DNA from: Pecten maximus
Lineage: Eukaryota
Assembly: GCF_902652985.1 (NCBI RefSeq)
Contig: NC_047024.1
Location: 4,588,001-4,652,000 of the forward strand
DNA: 64,000 bases
Direction: 5' to 3'
The position numbers were made by a program, and so were the translations under genes. A model generated the notes under the pieces. That model was not told where the DNA came from and made no database searches. It saw nothing but the letters and a program-made list of their open reading frames with translations. Shown here piece by piece: positions 60,145 to 64,000 of the stretch (position 1 is the first letter of the stretch; each line of letters starts with the position of its first letter).

Positions 60145-63100
60145 CAAACATTCTTACTACCTATATCAGGTGGTAGGTGGTTCAAACATTCTTACTACCT
60201 ACATCAGGTGGTAGGTGGTTCAAACATTCTTACTACCTACATCAGATGGTAGGTGGTTCATACATTCTTACTACCTACATCAGGTGGTCAGTGGTTCAAA
60301 CAGTCCTACTACCTACATCAGGTGGTAGGTGGTTCAAACAGTCTTACTACCTACATCAGATGGTAGGTGGTTCAAACGTTCTTACTACCTACATCAGATG
60401 GTAGGTGGTTCAAACATTCTTACTACCTACATCAGACAGTAGGTGGTTCAAACATTCTTACTACCTACATCAGACGGTAGGTGGTTCAAACTGTCTTACT
60501 ACCTACATCAGACGGTAGGTGGTTCAAACATGTTTACTACCTACATCAGGTGGTAGGTGGTTCAAACATTCTTACTACCTACATCAGGTGGTAGGTGGTT
60601 CAAACATTCTTACTACTTACATCAGATGGTAGGTGGTTCAAACATTCTTACTACCTACATCAGGTGGTAGGTGGTTCAAACATGTTTACTAGCTACATCA
60701 GACGGTAGGTGGTTCAAACATTCTTACTACCTACATCAGGTGGTAGGTGGTTCAAACATTCTTACTACCTACATCAGATGGTAGGTGGTTCAAATATTCT
60801 TACTACCTACATCAGATGGTAGGTGGTTCAAACATTGTTACTACCTACATCAGATGGTAGGCGGTTCAAACATTCTTACTACCTACATCAGACGGTAGGT
60901 GGTTCAAACATGTTTACTACCTACAACAGGTGGTCGGCGGTTCAAACATTCTTACCACTACATCAGGTGGTCGGCGGTTCAAACGTTGTTACTAGCTACA
61001 TCAGATGGTAGGCGGTTCAAACATTCTTACTACCTACATCAGATGGTAGGTTGTTCAAACATTCTTACTACCTACATCAGGTGGTAGGTGGTTCAAACAT
61101 TCTTACTACCTACATCAGGTGGTAGGTGGTTCAAACATTTTTACCACTACATCAGATGGTAGGTTGTTCAAACATTCTTACTACCTACATCAGATGGTAG
61201 GCGGTTCTAACAGTCTTACTACCTACATCAGGTGGTAGGTGGTTCAAACAGTCTTACTACCTACATCAGATGGTAGGTGGTTCAAACATTCTTACTACCT
61301 ACATCAGACAGTAGGTGGTTCAAACATTCTTACTACCTACATCAGGTGGTAGGTGGTTCAAACATTCTTACTACCTACATCAGGTGGTAGGTGGTTCAAA
61401 CATTCTTACTACCTACATCAGGTGGTAGGTGGTTCAAACGTTGTTACTACCTACATCAGACGGTAGGTGGTTCAAACATTCTTACTACCTACATCAGACG
61501 GTAGGTGGTTCAAACTTTCTTACTACCTACATCAGGTGGTAGGTGGTTCAAACATTCTTACTACCTACATCAGAAGGTAGGTGGTTCAAACATTCTTACT
61601 ACCTACATCAGATGATAGGTGGTTCAAACATTCTTACTACCTACATCAGGTGGTAGGTGGTTCAAACGTTGTTACTACCTACATCAGACGGTAGGTGGTT
61701 CAAACATTCTTACTACCTACATCAGACGGTAGGTGGTTCAAACTTTCTTACTACCTACATCAGGTGGTAGGTGGTTCAAACATTCTTACTACCTACATCA
61801 GAAGGTAGGTGGTTCAAACATTCTTACTACCTACATCAGATGATAGGTGGTTCAAACATTCTTACTACCTACATCAGGTGGTAGGTGGTTCAAACGTTGT
61901 TACTAGCTACATCAGATGGTAGGTGGTTCATACATTTTTACTACCTACATCAGATGGTAGGTGGTTCAAACAGTCTTACTACCTACATCAGGTGGTAGGT
62001 GGTTCAAACATTCTTACTACCTACATCAGACGGTAGGTGGTTCAAACATTCTGACTACCTACATCAGACGGTAGGTGGTTCAAACATTCTTACTACCTAC
62101 ATCAGATGGTAGGTGGTTCAAACAGTCTTACTACCTACATCAGACGGTAGGTGGTTCAAACAGTCTTACTACCTACATCAGGTGGTAGGTGGTTCAAACA
62201 TTCTTACTACCTACATCAGGTGGTCAGTGGTTCAAACATTCTTACTACTTACATCAGATAGTAGGTGGTTCAAACATTGTTACTAGCTACATCAGGTGGT
62301 AGGTGGTTCAAACAGTCTTACTACCTACATCAGACGGTAGGTGGTTCAAACAGTCTTACTACCTACATCAGACGGTAGGTGGTTCAAACATTCTTACTAC
62401 CTACATCAGGTGGTCAGTGGTTCAAACATTCTTACTACCTACATCAGACGGTAGGTGGTTCAAACATTGTTACTACCTACATCAGATGGTAGGTGGTTCA
62501 AACATTCTTACTACCTACATCAGGTGGTAGGTGGTTCAAACTTTCTTACTACCTACATCAGACGGTAGGTGGTTCAAACATTCTGACTACCTACATCAGA
62601 CGGTAGGTGGTTCAAACATTCTTACTACCTACATCAGATGGTAGGTGGTTCAAACATTGTTACTACCTACATCAGATGGTAGGTGGTTCAAACATTCTTA
62701 CTACCTACATCAGGTGGTAGGTGGTTCAAACATTCTTACTACCTACATCAGACGGTAGGTGGTTCAAACATTCTTACTACCTACATCAGATGGTAGGTGG
62801 TTCAAACATTCTTACTACCTACATCAGATGGTAGGTGGTTCAAACATTCTTACTACCTACATCAGACGGTAGGTGGTTCAAACAGTCTTACTACCTACAT
62901 CAGATGGTAGGTGGTTCAAACATTCTTACTACCTACATCAGGTGGTAGGTGGTTCAAACAGTCTTACTACCTACATCAGGTGGTAGGTGGTTCAAACAGT
63001 CTTACTACCTACATCAGGTGGTAGGTGGTTCAAACATTCTTACTACCTACATCAGATGGTAGGTGGTTCAAACAGTCTTACTACCTACATCAGATGGTAG

Positions 63101-64000
63101 GTGGTTCAAACATTCTTACTACCTACATCAGATGGTAGGTGGTTCAAACATTCTTACTACCTACATCAGGTGGTAGGTGGTTCAGACATTCTTAATACCT
63201 ACATCAGATAGTAGCTGGTTCAAACAGTCTTACTACCTACATCAGATGGTAGGTGGTTCAAACATTCTTACTACCTACATCAGACGGTAGGTGGTTCTAA
63301 CAGTCTTACTACCTACATCAGGTGGTAGGTGGTTCAAACATTCTTACTACCTACATCAGGTGGTAGGTGGTTCAAACATTCTTACTACCTACATCAGACG
63401 GTAGGTGGTTCTAACAGTCTTACTACCTACATCAGGTGGTAGGTGGTTCAAACATTCTGACTACCTACATCAGATGGTAGGTGGTTCAAACATTTTTACT
63501 ACCTACATCAGGTGGTAGGTGGTTCAAACATTCTTACTACCTACATCAGACGGTAGCTGGTTCAAACAGTCTTACTACCTACATCAGGTGGTAGGTGGTT
63601 CTAACAGTCTTACTACCTACATCAGGTGGTAGGTGGTTCAAACATTCTTACTACCTACATCAGGTGGTATGTGGTTCAAACATTCTTACTACCTACATCA
63701 GATGATAGGTGATTCAAACATTCTTACTACCTACATCACACGGGAGGTTGTTCAAACATTGTTACTACCTACATCAGATGGTAGGTAGTTCTAACATTCT
63801 TACTACCTACATCAGATGGTAGGTGGTTCAAACGTTCTTACTACCTACATCAGGTGGTAGGTGGTTCAAACGTTCTTACTACCTACATCAGGTGGTAGGT
63901 GGTTCAAACATTCTTACTACCTACATCAGACGGTAGGTTGTTCAAATATTCTTACTACCTACATCAGGTGGTAGGTGGTTCAAACATTGTTACTACCTAC
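60145..64000 (+). repeat. 38-bp minisatellite (TCAAACATTCTTACTACCTACATCAGRTGGTAGGTGGT), about 100 copies, running off the window end
   Basis: Direct periodicity starting about 13 nt after the donor at 60131/60132; internal inverted motif CCTAC/GTAGG. Confidence 0.95.

Noticed and set aside
60177-62530. ORFs in the terminal 38-bp array
   Set aside because: Repeat translations inside a SETDB1 intron.

Overview
Eukaryotic, intron-rich animal genomic DNA, most likely a bivalve mollusc (inferred from Helentron/HINE-type repeats and gene style; not proven). Five protein-coding genes were assembled by hand with phase-consistent splice sites. (1) A four-TM claudin/PMP22-family gene (+, 836-12941). 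(2) MYEF2/hnRNP M-like (-, 26994-18044), with two U12-type introns and apparently spliced non-coding 3' exons. (3) FDXACB1 (+, 28756-34091). (4) DDX55 (-, 45101-37410). (5) The 5' half of SETDB1 (+, from 46826, running off the window). Two observations stand out. First, three exons inside the first coding intron of SETDB1 encode a complete THAP zinc finger and a domain closely resembling the RAG1 N-terminal non-core zinc-binding region. They splice in frame into SETDB1, suggesting a transposon-derived THAP-RAG1N-SETDB1 fusion isoform. Second, most large minisatellites here are tandem amplifications of exon-intron junctions (or of the stop codon) of the host gene, creating arrays of tens to over a hundred decoy splice sites, some shaped like in-frame micro-exons. 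Also present are nested MITEs, HINE-like elements and two +1 C frameshifts that are probably assembly errors. Nearly all long ORFs in the supplied track over repeats are artefacts.
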